DNA of 64,000 nt, taken from positions 29,822,001 through 29,886,000 of the forward strand of contig NC_043012.1 in the NCBI RefSeq assembly GCF_006345805.1, written 5' to 3'. This document shows positions 27,801-38,659 of the stretch, one piece after another. The position numbers were made by a program, and so were the translations under genes. The DNA is from Octopus sinensis. Its lineage: Eukaryota. The notes beneath the pieces are model-generated. The model did not search any database and was not told the origin of the DNA. It saw only the letters and a list, made by a program, of their open reading frames with translations. Numbering within the stretch: the first letter of the stretch is position 1; every line of letters starts with the position of its first letter.

Positions 27801-29902
27801 GAGGAGGTGTGTATTCTGTTAAAGAAAAAAAAAAGGGATTGAATAATTCTTCAGTTTAATGTTAAATTGTTTTTCTTGTAACTTGATGTAAAACAAGCAA
27901 TATGTGTGTGTGTGTGTGTATGTGTTTGTATGTATATAGGTGTTGTAGTGCATTGAGATGCTTGCTTTTAAACCAAATGGTTCTGGGTATAGTTCAACTT
28001 TGAGCAAGTGTCTTGAACTCCAGGCTGACCGAAGCCTTGGAAAGAAGCCTGTCATATATATATATATATGTGTGTGTGTATATATACACATGTGTCTCTC
28101 CCTCCTTGTCTTGGTAGACAAGTATGACCATCATGTAAGCACCATTGTGCATTTCCAGTCCTCATGCCTTGGCATGGGGAAATATTAACTTACTTGGAAA
28201 CAGGGGAGGGTTAGTGACAGGAAGGGCATCCAGCCATAGAAAATCCACCTGTCCCATGCTAACATGGAAAAGGAGATGTTAAATGATGACAATGATGATG
28301 ATATGGCAGACTTAATCTGTTGCTTAGTTCAACACCGTCTCCATCTTCACCAACTGCCAGCTCCATTGGTACCTTTAACCCCTCCCTACCGTTTTCCTGC
28401 TGTAAAATACTGATTGGTTTTGAGTTATTTTGAAAATAAAGAATTTAGTAAAATAACTTTCTCGTTATTAAACTGCGGTTTGGAACATAAATAATCACAA
28501 AATTTTAATGGAAGATTTAAATTTAGGTTCCTTTAAAATAGGGAGTCTGCATTGTAAAACAAGGAGTGGTATGAGGTGGTTTGGTATCAAAAGGGTTAAG
28601 TCTGCTGTAAACATTTGGACAAGGTCTCTGGTCTGACAAGAACTTCTTACCTTGAATCAGGGAAATCCCACAAAAGGGTCACAATCACTGCCCTTGTTCC
28701 TCTGATTCAATTGTCTTTTACTTGTGTTGGTCTTTTGACTGTGCCCAAGCTGGAGTACTGCATTGGAACCCTGGTATGTATTCTTTAAAGCCTGGTAGTT
28801 ATTCTATCAGTGTCTTTTACTGAACTGCTAAGTTACTTGAATACAAACGAACCAACACCAGTTTCCAAGAGGTAGGGGATAAATACAAACATAGGCATAC
28901 ACACAACATCATCATTTAGCGCCCCTTTTCCATGCTGGCATGGGTTGGACAGTTTGATTGGAACTGGTAAACTGGAGAGCTGTACCAATCTGCAGTCTGA
29001 TTTTGGCTTGGTTTCTACAGCTGGATGCCCTTCCTAAGGCCAGCCACACCAAGAGTGTAAGTGGATGCCTTTTACTTGTCCACGACTATGATTTCACTTG
29101 GCCTGACGAGTCTTCTCAAGTACAGCAAACCTCCAAAGGTCTCGATCATTTGGCATCGCCTTCATGAGACCCAATAACCAAAGATCTGGCATTACCATTT
29201 TATCTCATGTCTTCCTCTTCCACCACAGGTTCCCTCCACAGTTAGAGATCGGCACTTCTTTATGCAGCTGTCCTCATCCATACATATGATCATACCAGTG
29301 CAGTCGTCTCTCTTGCACACCACACCTGATACCTCTACATATATATATATATATATATATATGATGAACTTCAACACAGTTTCCATTTACTAAATCCACT
29401 CACAAAGCATTGGTTGGCCTGGGGTTATAGTAGAAGACACTTGACTGAGATGCTGTGCAGTGGGACTGAACCCAGAACCATAGGGTTGCAAAGTGAGGAT
29501 CTAGACCACACAGCCATGCCTGCCACTATTTATATTATAAATCTGCTTGTTTGTTCATTCACAATTTCAACAGAATTAAATACTAACGAATGATATGTTT
29601 ATTAAGCATTGTATAAATTTTTATTGTATATTTTTCTATCATTTATTGCACAGGCAAGAATAAAAACACAAATCCTTTCTTTCTTTCTTAATTAACTCTT
29701 CTTAATTTTCTTCATTCCATGGAATTTCCATGAGTCCCGCAAGAGAAAAGATATAAATAAAATGTTTTTTGGTTCATTTTGTTTTTCTTCTTTGTTTCAG
29801 CGTGAAATACGGAAATACATCACAGACAGAATCCAAGATGAATTTAGACACATGAAAATCAAAGCAGAACGAATACATTACGAAAGTCTTTATAGATCTT
29901 AA
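17460..29902 (+). CDS. TAFAZZIN: Tafazzin (cardiolipin transacylase), complete, 8 coding exons, 262 aa
   Basis: Exons 17460-17568, 20432-20560, 22052-22264, 22364-22405, 23881-23943, 26657-26709, 27697-27774, 29801-29902 sum to 789 nt including TAA. Acyltransferase HxxxxD motif NHYSCID, plus [38 protein letters not shown]. Confidence 0.96.
20432..20560 (+). CDS. TAFAZZIN: Tafazzin exon 2
   Basis: [42 protein letters not shown]. Confidence 0.94.
20700..20945. repeat. 30-bp minisatellite, about 8 units, in tafazzin intron 2
   Basis: gagtcacctgagcctctcgttgctgctgtt repeated. Confidence 0.9.
22052..22264 (+). CDS. TAFAZZIN: Tafazzin exon 3
   Basis: [26 protein letters not shown]...WLHMFPE. Confidence 0.95.
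22364..22405 (+). CDS. TAFAZZIN: Tafazzin exon 4
   Basis: [13 protein letters not shown]; 42 nt. Confidence 0.92.
23518..23601 (+). ncRNA. Hammerhead ribozyme-like motif with a long stem II
   Basis: tgg-CTGAAGA-ttgctctac...gtagcat-GAAAC-gatt-GTA-ctg; stem I is weak. Confidence 0.45.
23592..23693. repeat. Perfect ~100-bp palindrome centred on (TA)n
   Basis: gattgtactgcgctacctttggatatccttgttgcttattttg-(at)n-caaaataagcaacaaggatatccaaaggtagcgcagtacaatc. Confidence 0.95.
23881..23943 (+). CDS. TAFAZZIN: Tafazzin exon 5
   Basis: [20 protein letters not shown]; 63 nt. Confidence 0.92.
24368..24594 (+). mobile_element. Internally deleted mariner-type DNA transposon
   Basis: Degenerate TIRs (gggtgctgagcatttcttggcttt / aaagccaggaacttttcagcacct), transposase tail [24 protein letters not shown]-rich flanks. 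Confidence 0.7.
26657..26709 (+). CDS. TAFAZZIN: Tafazzin exon 6
   Basis: [17 protein letters not shown]; 53 nt. Confidence 0.92.
26975..27650 (-). mobile_element. Three head-to-tail copies of the tRNA/Deu-like SINE separated by (TAA)n
   Basis: Repeated caaggcctgaa...gaccccagt..ctggtact..aaggatgaaagg..gaatttgaactcagaa units. Confidence 0.85.
27697..27774 (+). CDS. TAFAZZIN: Tafazzin exon 7
   Basis: [26 protein letters not shown]; 78 nt. Confidence 0.9.
28908..29335 (-). mobile_element. RTE LINE 3' fragment
   Basis: [20 protein letters not shown] plus the same 3' tail. Confidence 0.82.
29801..29902 (+). CDS. TAFAZZIN: Tafazzin exon 8 (stop)
   Basis: [33 protein letters not shown]. Confidence 0.9.
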   Translation, partial: REIRKYITDRIQDEFRHMKIKAERIHYESLYRS

Positions 29903-31307
29903 CATTTTCATAAATTAGCTTTTATTAATTAAAAACAAATTCACAGAAATTATCATCATTATTATTTTATTTTATTTTATTTATTTTATTTTTCTAAATA
30001 ATACAAGAAATATTTTTCTCTCACAAACACCATTCTCCCTAATTTTTTCCTCCAAACCGCTGAGACAAACTTTTGGTGCACTGAACAAAACCACTTCAAA
30101 TTCAGAGCCAATGCACAGTGTTCCAATATTCCTCTAGCTTATCATCATCATCATCATCATTATCGATTTAACATCCACTTTTCTATGCTTGCATGGATTG
30201 GATGGAATTTGTTGAGGCAGCTTTTCTGTGGCTGGATGCTCGTCCTGTCACCCATCCTTGCCTATTTCCAAACAAGGTAATGTTTCCCTTTTGGCCAGAA
30301 AACTGGAAACAAACTTCATCATTTATATGATGGTGATGCTTGTTTATAGCCATCACATGATGTCAAGACAAGGGCACGCTTGCACATACGCACACACACA
30401 CACACATACACACATCCAATGGGCTTCTTTCAGTCTCCATCAACTAAATGCACTCACAAGGCTTTGGTCAGCTCCTATAATAGAAGACTCTTGTCCAAGG
30501 TACCACACAGTGGGACTGAACTCAAAGCAAAGCAAGCTTCTTAACCACACACCAGGTACAAAGTGAATATATCATCATCATCATCATTGTTTAATACCCT
30601 TTTTCCCATGCTGGCATGGCTTGGACAGTTCAGTAGGAACTTATGAGCGAGAGGACTGCATGGAGTTCCAATGCCTGCTTTTTCTGGAGCTGGATGCTTT
30701 TCAGGGCATTGGGTAGTGTTATCATGGCACTGACACTGGTGACGTCATCAACGAACTCACAATACAAAACCTCTCCTCTAAGGAACAGTGAGTGGTATCA
30801 AAGAGGGTGGCTTTGTGCTGGGTAATGAGAAGAACAGGAAGAGGTGTCTTCTTAAAGAAGAGACACATGACTTTGCCAGCTGGAGAGAGAGAGAGAGAAA
30901 GAGAAGGTGACTATATGTGTGGGTGTAAATATATATATATATATATATATATTCTTTTACTTGTTCCATTCATTTGACTGCAGCCATGCTGAAGCACTGC
31001 CTTTAGTCGAGCAAATCAACCCCAGGACTTATTCTATCAGTCTCTTTTCACTTTTACTGAACCACTAAGTTACAAGGATGTAAACACACCAACATCGGTT
31101 GTGAAGCGATGGTGGGGGAACAAATACAGATACTTAAACATATACACACATATACATATATATATGACAAGCTTTTTCCAGTTTTCATCTACCAAATCCA
31201 CTCACAAGGCTTTGGTCAGCCCGAGGCTATAGTGCCCAAGGTACCACGCAGTGGGACTGAACCCAGAACCATGTGGTTGGTAATCAAGCTACTTACCACA
31301 CAGCCAC

Positions 31308-31343
<36 letters not shown>

Positions 31344-31749
31344 AACTTTATCCCAATATGGTGGTCTAGAGAACTGTGTAGCTCTCCCACAAGGAAACTT
31401 AGTACTTACCAGTGTTGGTTTTAGCTGACCAAATTCAATTAATCCTCTACTTGATGGTATTGAGTACTTCTTCTTTCATTCATTACAACTACAAACATAT
31501 GCACACATATCTATCTACCTATATAGTTCTCTTTCTCAATATATATATACAAAACAGTTTCTCTCAGCTCCATATGACTTAAAGTTTTCTGGATGTATAC
31601 GATGAATCCATCTCCTCATATATATATTTGGCTATCGTTGGTCTCCTTACTTGATTTTTATTGCTGCTTTCTGTCCCCTCTTTTACCCTCTTTTGTAGTG
31701 TGTCTGAGGACTATATATAATAAGTTCTTTATGTATATACATATATATA

Positions 31750-32170
31750 CATGGTGGTTGTCTGCTCCTTATGCAGCGTCTGACCACCCCCTGTACCTAC
31801 ACCTTAGATCCATCATGGCATCTGATGTGGCTTTATAAACCAGACGATGTAGTGGAAAGACACCCACATAGATTGCATATCCAATTTGGACCACCAAGAG
31901 CTGCAGCTAATCTCTGATCTTTGTGGATCTTAAAACGTCTTTCCAGGCCTCCGTTAGATTTGCAGACCTTGTGTCATACACAGCACTGAAAAGTGTGCAC
32001 AAATACAAAGGCAGAATAGTTGGTGGAGGTTTGTTCTCCATGCATCCACAATTGAAATTTGAGCCCAGCAAAAGAAAGGCATGGTCTGTCGCAAACTGTG
32101 CACGCAAAAAGGTTGCTGAGATTCACCTCAATCACAACATACTTCTTTAAATCTCTCGAGTCTTGCATAT
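31750..32170 (-). mobile_element. 3' end of a LINE (RTE-like) with three decayed C2H2 zinc fingers
   Basis: FACTVCDRPCLSFAGLK...MH, FQCCV*HKVCKSNGGL...KIH, CNLCGCLSTTSSGL*SHIRCH, then a short UTR ending at a TA-rich tract. Confidence 0.6.
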
Positions 32171-32248
32171 GTCATCCTGGCCACCTCAAAAGCTTTCACT
32201 CCACTCCACACATACATATATACATACACACTTACACTCGTATCTATA

Positions 32249-32285
<37 letters not shown>

Positions 32286-33024
32286 GTACTTTAAATTTTT
32301 GTTTTCCTTTGTGTTTGTTTTATTTTTGTGTTCTACCATTCCTTTCTCAACTGACAATCAGTCTTTGACTCTTCCAAAAAGAAACCGTTTCATGCCAAAC
32401 ACTGAAACTAAAATAGTTTTGGACAAACAGAAAAAACTCATTTTCAGACAAGCATTTGTAGAAGAAATTGACCAAAGAAATCTCATGTTTCTATAAACTT
32501 GAAACTTCTGCCAGATAAATAGTTACATACTTCCATCCGTAACATATTGGTACATGACATGGAGAATTAATCTTCAATTAATCTATTGGAATTCACCTTG
32601 TGTGAGTTTTATTGTTTGTTTCTTATGCTTTTCAACACAAACACTTCAATTAGTATAAACACACTTTTCCATCATCTCGGGTGTTTTTGTTTTGTTACAG
32701 AATATATTCTTATGTTTACACAATTAATTATCTAGTTAAAATGTCTAATGTGTTTGTCATTTACACAAAACTAATTAGCCATTAATATCAACCTAATTAT
32801 TTTTCTCAAAGTTTATCTTCTGTTAATGCAAACTTTTCTTTAATTACCGATGAGCTTTGATCTAATCATGTGTCACTTTGAGTTGTTAATGAGGATATTT
32901 CACCAGCTAATTACATTTACAATCAGCAATTGTAAATTAACTGCTAAGTTTTAATGTTAATTACAACAGACATTATATAATGAAATTTTAAATAGATAAC
33001 AATTCTGACCCGGCTCAAAGGACA

Positions 33025-33185
33025 CACATGGCTGTGTGGTAAGTAGCCTGCTTACCAACCACATTGTTCCGGGTTCAGTCCCACTGCGTGGCACCTTGGG
33101 CAAGTGTCTTCTACTATAGCCTTGGGCTGACCAAAGCCTTGTGAGTGGATTTGGTAGACGGAAACTGAAAGAAGCCCGTCGTATA
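33025..33185 (+). mobile_element. Second tRNA-derived SINE family; further copies at ~6505-6680, 15375-15540, 29355-29520(-), 31160-31310(-), 42265-42410, 42950-43095, 54885-55040
   Basis: tggctgtgtggtaag..gggttcagtccc head, accttgggcaagtgtc core, ggaaactgaaagaagccc end, followed by a microsatellite. Confidence 0.82.
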
Positions 33186-33495
33186 TATGTATATATATAT
33201 TAGTTGCGACATCACAGGTGCCAAGATGTATTGGCCGTTGCCTTTCCCTTGGATAACACTGGTGGCGTGGAGAGGAGAGGCCGGTATGCATGGGCGACTG
33301 CTGGTCTTCCATAAACAACCTTGCCCGGACTTGTGACTGGGTGGAGTAACTTTGTAGGTGCAATCCCATGATCAGTCATGACTGAAGGATGTCTCAGCAT
33401 ATATATATACTACTAATATAGGATGAAACTTTTTTACAGAAAAAAAATTCCATCAAAAATGTGGCAGCATATTAAAATACCGTTAAGGTTAAAAT

Positions 33496-33628
33496 TATAA
33501 ACAACTTATAAATAAGGGCTAAAGAAAATTATTTCTAAGCCAATATGCTGATAACAGACTTTTAAATCGATTTAAAAGTCTGTTATCAGCATATTGGCTT
33601 AATTTTCTTTTGCCCATATTTATAAGTT

Positions 33629-33635
<7 letters not shown>
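33496..33635. repeat. ~140-bp near-perfect palindrome
   Basis: aagccaatatgctgataacagacttttaaat|cg|atttaaaagtctgttatcagcatattggctt core with extended imperfect arms. Confidence 0.9.
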
Positions 33636-33666
<31 letters not shown>

Positions 33667-33712
33667 CTTTGTTAAGTGACTGCTTCAGAGGATCTTCATA
33701 TCAGATTGTTGT

Positions 33713-33744
<32 letters not shown>

Positions 33745-33748
33745 TTGT

Positions 33749-35490
33749 TAAGGTAGCCAGCTGGCAGAATCATTAGCATGCCACGCATAGCAGCAATCTT
33801 CACATTCTGAGTTCATTTCCCACCAAGGTCAACTTTGCCTTTCATCCTTTTGGGGTCAATAAAATAAGTACCAGCTGAACACTGGGGTTGATGTAATCGA
33901 CTTGTCCTTTTCTCCAAATTTCAGGCGTTGTGCCTATAATAGAAAAGGATTATTATTATTAATGTGGCAAGCTACCCACTGGGCAAAAAGCAGTGTTTCC
34001 TCCACCTTGTTACTCTCTGAGTTTAAATGTTTTGAGATTAGTAAAATAAGTACCAGTGGAGTACTGGGGTTGATGTAATCAACTAACCCCCTACCCTCAA
34101 AATTTCAGGCTCCATGCCTAAAGTAGAAAGGATTATTATTATTATTATTATTATTACTGCTAAGGTGGCAAGCTGGCAGGATCCTTAGCTTGCCAGGCAA
34201 AATGCTTTGTGGCATTTCATCTGTCTTTAGGTTCTGAGTTCAAATTCCACCAAGGCCGACTTTGCCTTTCATCTGTCCGGGGTCGATAAATTAAGTACCA
34301 GTGAAATACTGGGGGGTCAATGTAATCAACTAGTCCCCTCCTCCAAAATTTCAGTCCTTGTGTCTATAGTCATCATCATCATCATCATCATTATCCAGTG
34401 TTTTAAATCTGGGTTTTGTCCCCGTTAACGGGGGTGGCCAGATCTCCCTCAATGCCATAGCAACCGAGCTAGGCAGGTGCAGCCCACCCCAACTTTTGGG
34501 CTGGCGGGTGCCCAGTCTCCTTTGCTATCATGAGGCTTTTTTTGGAGCTGGATTTTCTACGGGGAGCATGCCCTTGCTTACCCCCAACCTCCATTTCTAC
34601 AAAGAGTGGTTCTGAGACCAAAGCCTCTCCCATGATTTTTAAGACATCTGGTGGAAAACTTGTTCAGGAAGGCAGGGACACTACTCTCAGAGCCCCCTCT
34701 ACCATATATTAGAAAGGTTTATTATTGTTATCATTATTATTATTATTATTAAGGTGGTGGTGAAGTGGTAGAATGTTTTGCATGTTGGACAAAATGCTTG
34801 GTGACTTCCTTCCAAGTTCTTTATGTTCTGAGGTTAACTTTGCTTTTCATCCTTTTCAGGTCAATAAAATAAATACCAGTCGAGTGCAGGGCTCACTTCC
34901 TCCTCCCCTCAAAATTGCTGGCCTTTTGCCAAAATTCAAGACCATTATTATCATTATTCTTTTAACTCAAGTTTTACTAGAACTCCTGGAGTCTTGCTAT
35001 ACCAGCAGCCTATCGTACCATGCTACCTGTTCTTGCAACCATCAAATATTTGTTGAGGATTCCTTATTATTATTATAAGGCGGCGAGCTGGCAGAAGCGT
35101 TAGCGCGCCGGGTGAAACACTTAACGGTATTTTGCCTGTCGCTACTTTCTGAGTTCAAATTCCGCCGAGGTTGACTTTGCCTTTCATGCTTTCGGGGTCG
35201 ATAAATTAAGTACCAATTGTGTACTGGGGTCGATCTAATCGACTGGTCCACTCCCCCAAATTCCAGGCTTTGTGCCTATAGTAGAAAGGATTATTATTAT
35301 TTTTAGTCCTGAGCTAGTATAATGGTCAGTGCATCAGACAAAACTACTTAGTGGCATTTCTTCCTACTCTTTATGTTGTGAGTTCAAATACTGCTGAGGT
35401 CAACTTTGCCTATCATCCTTTGATAGTGAAGTGTTCTAGGGGGTGATGTAACTGACCAACCCCTCCCTGTCAAAATTTGAAACAGTTCTT
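33749..35490 (+). mobile_element. Cluster of about six same-orientation copies of the tRNA/Deu-like SINE joined by (ATT)n
   Basis: aaggtggc.agctggcag...ctgagttcaaattcc...tttgcctttcatc...aagtaccag...agaaaggattattatt recurs. Confidence 0.85.
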
Positions 35491-35999
35491 TTTTTCTTAT
35501 TATTCAAGGCAGAAAGGATAGCACCCATGACTTTCTGTTTTTCCAGGGTCTCCAAGAAGGTAAGAAGTTATCCTCAGACCTGAGATCTTGCCCAAATGCT
35601 TGCACAAACTAGGAAACAGATTAAGTCTCCCCCTAACCAAGATGCCAAAGGTTGGAACAAATGCAGCAGACTTCTTGCCTGATGCTAGCCATTATTCTGG
35701 TTTGCCACTATATTTTATTGACCATAAAAGATGGAAAGCAATGTTGACTTTAGGAGGAGGATTTGTAGAGAATTGGACCAAATACCACAAGGCATTTCAT
35801 TTAACACTAACAATGTCACTACTCCATCATCTGAACTAGTATGATGAGAACTGGAAATAATACTGCCACACATTTTGTCAGCTGCTCTACCGATTCTACC
35901 AATCTGCTGCATGTTTGCCTGAAAATAGAAGGAAAAACGAACCATTTCATATACATAATCTAAGAAGATGGCACCTCACACTAAATAGAGGCAGAAAAA

Positions 36000-37590
36000 A
36001 GAGTTTTTAAATGAGGGAGAGAGTGTCTAACCCAACAAATGAAGTTAACTGCCATACAGTGGAAATCCTGATTAAGAATGAGAAAGCAACTGGACTGTTA
36101 GGTATGGTCTTAGAGATGTTTAATATCTCTGGCGAAGTGAATCTCATGCAAGTCTCCAGTGTAGACAGTGAAATAACAGAGGAAGGAGTCAAATCTAATG
36201 ACCGGCTCATCTCATCTCATCTGTTGTTCACACAAAGAAAGATTTTCCAGACAGTCACTGAATTAATTAATGTGTAAACTGATTAGGAAGAGATTCATTT
36301 ATTGGGTGTCACAGATAAAAGTACTTAGCTAGAAGTAAACCTAGCTTTTGTTGACCAGGAAAAGGTCTTTGACACGGTTCTACATTCTCATGGCCTGGTG
36401 GCCATAAAGCAAAAGAAAAGTGTGGTGGTGGGGAGGTAAACAAATGGTTTGTAAGAGTTTTGCAATCTATATTGAAAGGTACCATCAGGAAATTAAGAGT
36501 TAGCAAGTTCAGTGAGGAATTTAGTAGGTATGTTTGTTTATTGAAGAATTGGTCCAAAAATATCAAGTAAAAAGTTGTTATTTTGTGAACAACAAAGTTT
36601 TTAGAAATGGCTTCAGCTCTGAAAAATTATATTAGTAAAACAGTGTCTATAGTGACTGCTGATGGACGAATCATTGTGGGTACTTTGGAAGGTTTTGATC
36701 AGACGGTTAACTTAATCTTAGATAAAGCCATGAAAGAGTGTTTAGCTCTACTTCTGGAGTTGAACAAGTTGTATTAGGACTATTATTGTCTTCCAAGTCG
36801 TAGCAGTGGAATTTCAAACAGGTTGTTGCTCATGGAAACAACGCCTCTATGTTATAATCTTGGTCCCATAACTGAATCGATCAAGAATTTAGAGAACTCC
36901 CAAAGTTAGAAGCAAAACCTAGAATCAAGTGGCTTCTAAGTTAATGTAGCAAAAACTTAAGTAATGGAAGGAAAGAAAGCAGGACCCCGCTGCTATAGAA
37001 GTGACTGTGGTCAATGTGCAGAGGTTTAGGGAGAAGCTATATATGTCAATCCTTTTGTAAGCAATAGATACATCTGAGGTGTAGTGGGATCACAGGCAAA
37101 TTGACAGCATGTTTATAGACAGGGGATGGACAGGAGCCCTTCAAATACTTAAAAGGCTCTCTAGAAGTGGTTGATAGTCTTTGTTACCTAGGCGACTGAA
37201 TTAGCAGGGATTTTGGAGCTAATATTATTTGGCTGCCTGTGTAAGAACAGAATGGAATAATGTTCACATAGCTGTTTTTGTTGGCATCAAAAAGGAGTTC
37301 TCATCTCTCCGTCTCTCTCTCTCGTATCACAGATTGTATAATGCTTTTGTGCGAAGAACAATATTGCAGGATATAAAGGTGTGGGCCTTGAATGCAGAAA
37401 TTTCATGAAGGTGGGAAAGAAATGAGGTGAGCATGCTCCGTTGGATGGGTAAATGTTAGAGTTCGTGAATGATGGAGCATAAAGCACTTTATATGAAAGG
37501 GATTGGATGTAGAATTTTAAAGAGAAAACTACACTGGTAAGGGATGTAAAGTGAATGGAGGACGCCTGGTGTATAAAAAGTGCTGAGTGG
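36000..37590 (+). mobile_element. Old, decayed RTE LINE related to the 49671 element, interrupted by the LSM8 retrocopy
   Basis: Degenerate matches in order to AFVD.EK.FD, EFSEEF, EF.TGC, LES.G, LEVVDSLCYLGD, with many stops and frameshifts. Confidence 0.8.
36607..36790 (+). pseudogene. LSM8: LSM8 processed pseudogene, frameshifted and 3'-truncated, embedded in a decayed RTE LINE
   Basis: MASALKNYISKTVSIVTADGRIIVGTLEGFDQTVNLILD / 1-nt frameshift near 36724 / SHERVFSSTSGVEQVVLGL; no introns; the C-terminal third is missing. Confidence 0.9.
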
Positions 37591-38659
37591 GGGAAACGTA
37601 ATAATAATTGTTTATAAAACTGCTATAGAAATACATTTACAAAAGTAAAAGGATAATAATTCAGTAAAGTGAGCAATAAATAACTTAAAAGGTATAACAA
37701 ACTTGCGCCGTTTTGTAGCAGACCAGCGAATACTGGGATATCTCTGGATTAAGTTTATCAGACAACATGAAACAACTATCGAGTGAGGGCAAGGCTGAAG
37801 CGCAAGAACAACCAAGTACCCACATGATATTTCGGTGAGACGGGGAGACACCAATGATTTCTTTGCTGCTGTCAGCGGCTCAGATATCTCGAATCCCACA
37901 AGGTTAAAAACTAAGCATCAAAAAATTACCGTGTTTTTGTGAATGTTTCATTTAATTAACCTCCAACTCTGCCACAAGTTTAAAGATGTGTGATGGAGAC
38001 AAAGAGTGACATGTCATACAAAACATTTGCACTCTAAACTGAGGAGTATAAGTCCAATGGGCCTTTTGTCACAGTCCCAAAACAGCCTGAACAATTCCAT
38101 TGACTTCAAAATCATGGGGGATTTTTTCTTTTCTACTATAAGCACAAAAACTGAAATTTGGGGGAGGGGGTAGTCGATTTCATCGACCCTAGTGCGTAAC
38201 TGGTACTTATTTCATCGACCCCGAAAGAATGAAAGGCCAAGTCGACCTCGGCGAAATTTGAACTCATAACGTAGCAATGGGCGAAATACTGCTAAGCATT
38301 TCGTCCAGTGAGCTAACGATTCTGCCAGCTCGCCACCTTAAAATCGTGGGGATTTTTTTTATCCTGTCGAGGGCTCGTTTTATTTTTAGGTTTATCTCGT
38401 TGGGGTAAGATATGAAACTCAAAGAGAGTAAGGCTCTGCAGTGTCTGCAACAATTTTGTCAATAGAATAGGGAGAGTTTGTTAAGTTCAATAGTCTTGTG
38501 GAGGGAAGAATTTAATATTTTAAGAGTTCTGGAGAGAGAGGGGGAGACAGGGGAGGAAGGAAAAGAAGCAGGATCGTTACTTGAGTTCTGGTTAAGTATA
38601 ATTAATAGCTTAGTTAACTAGAGACTCGGGGAAAATGTTGATTAAAATGCAAAAGTTGG

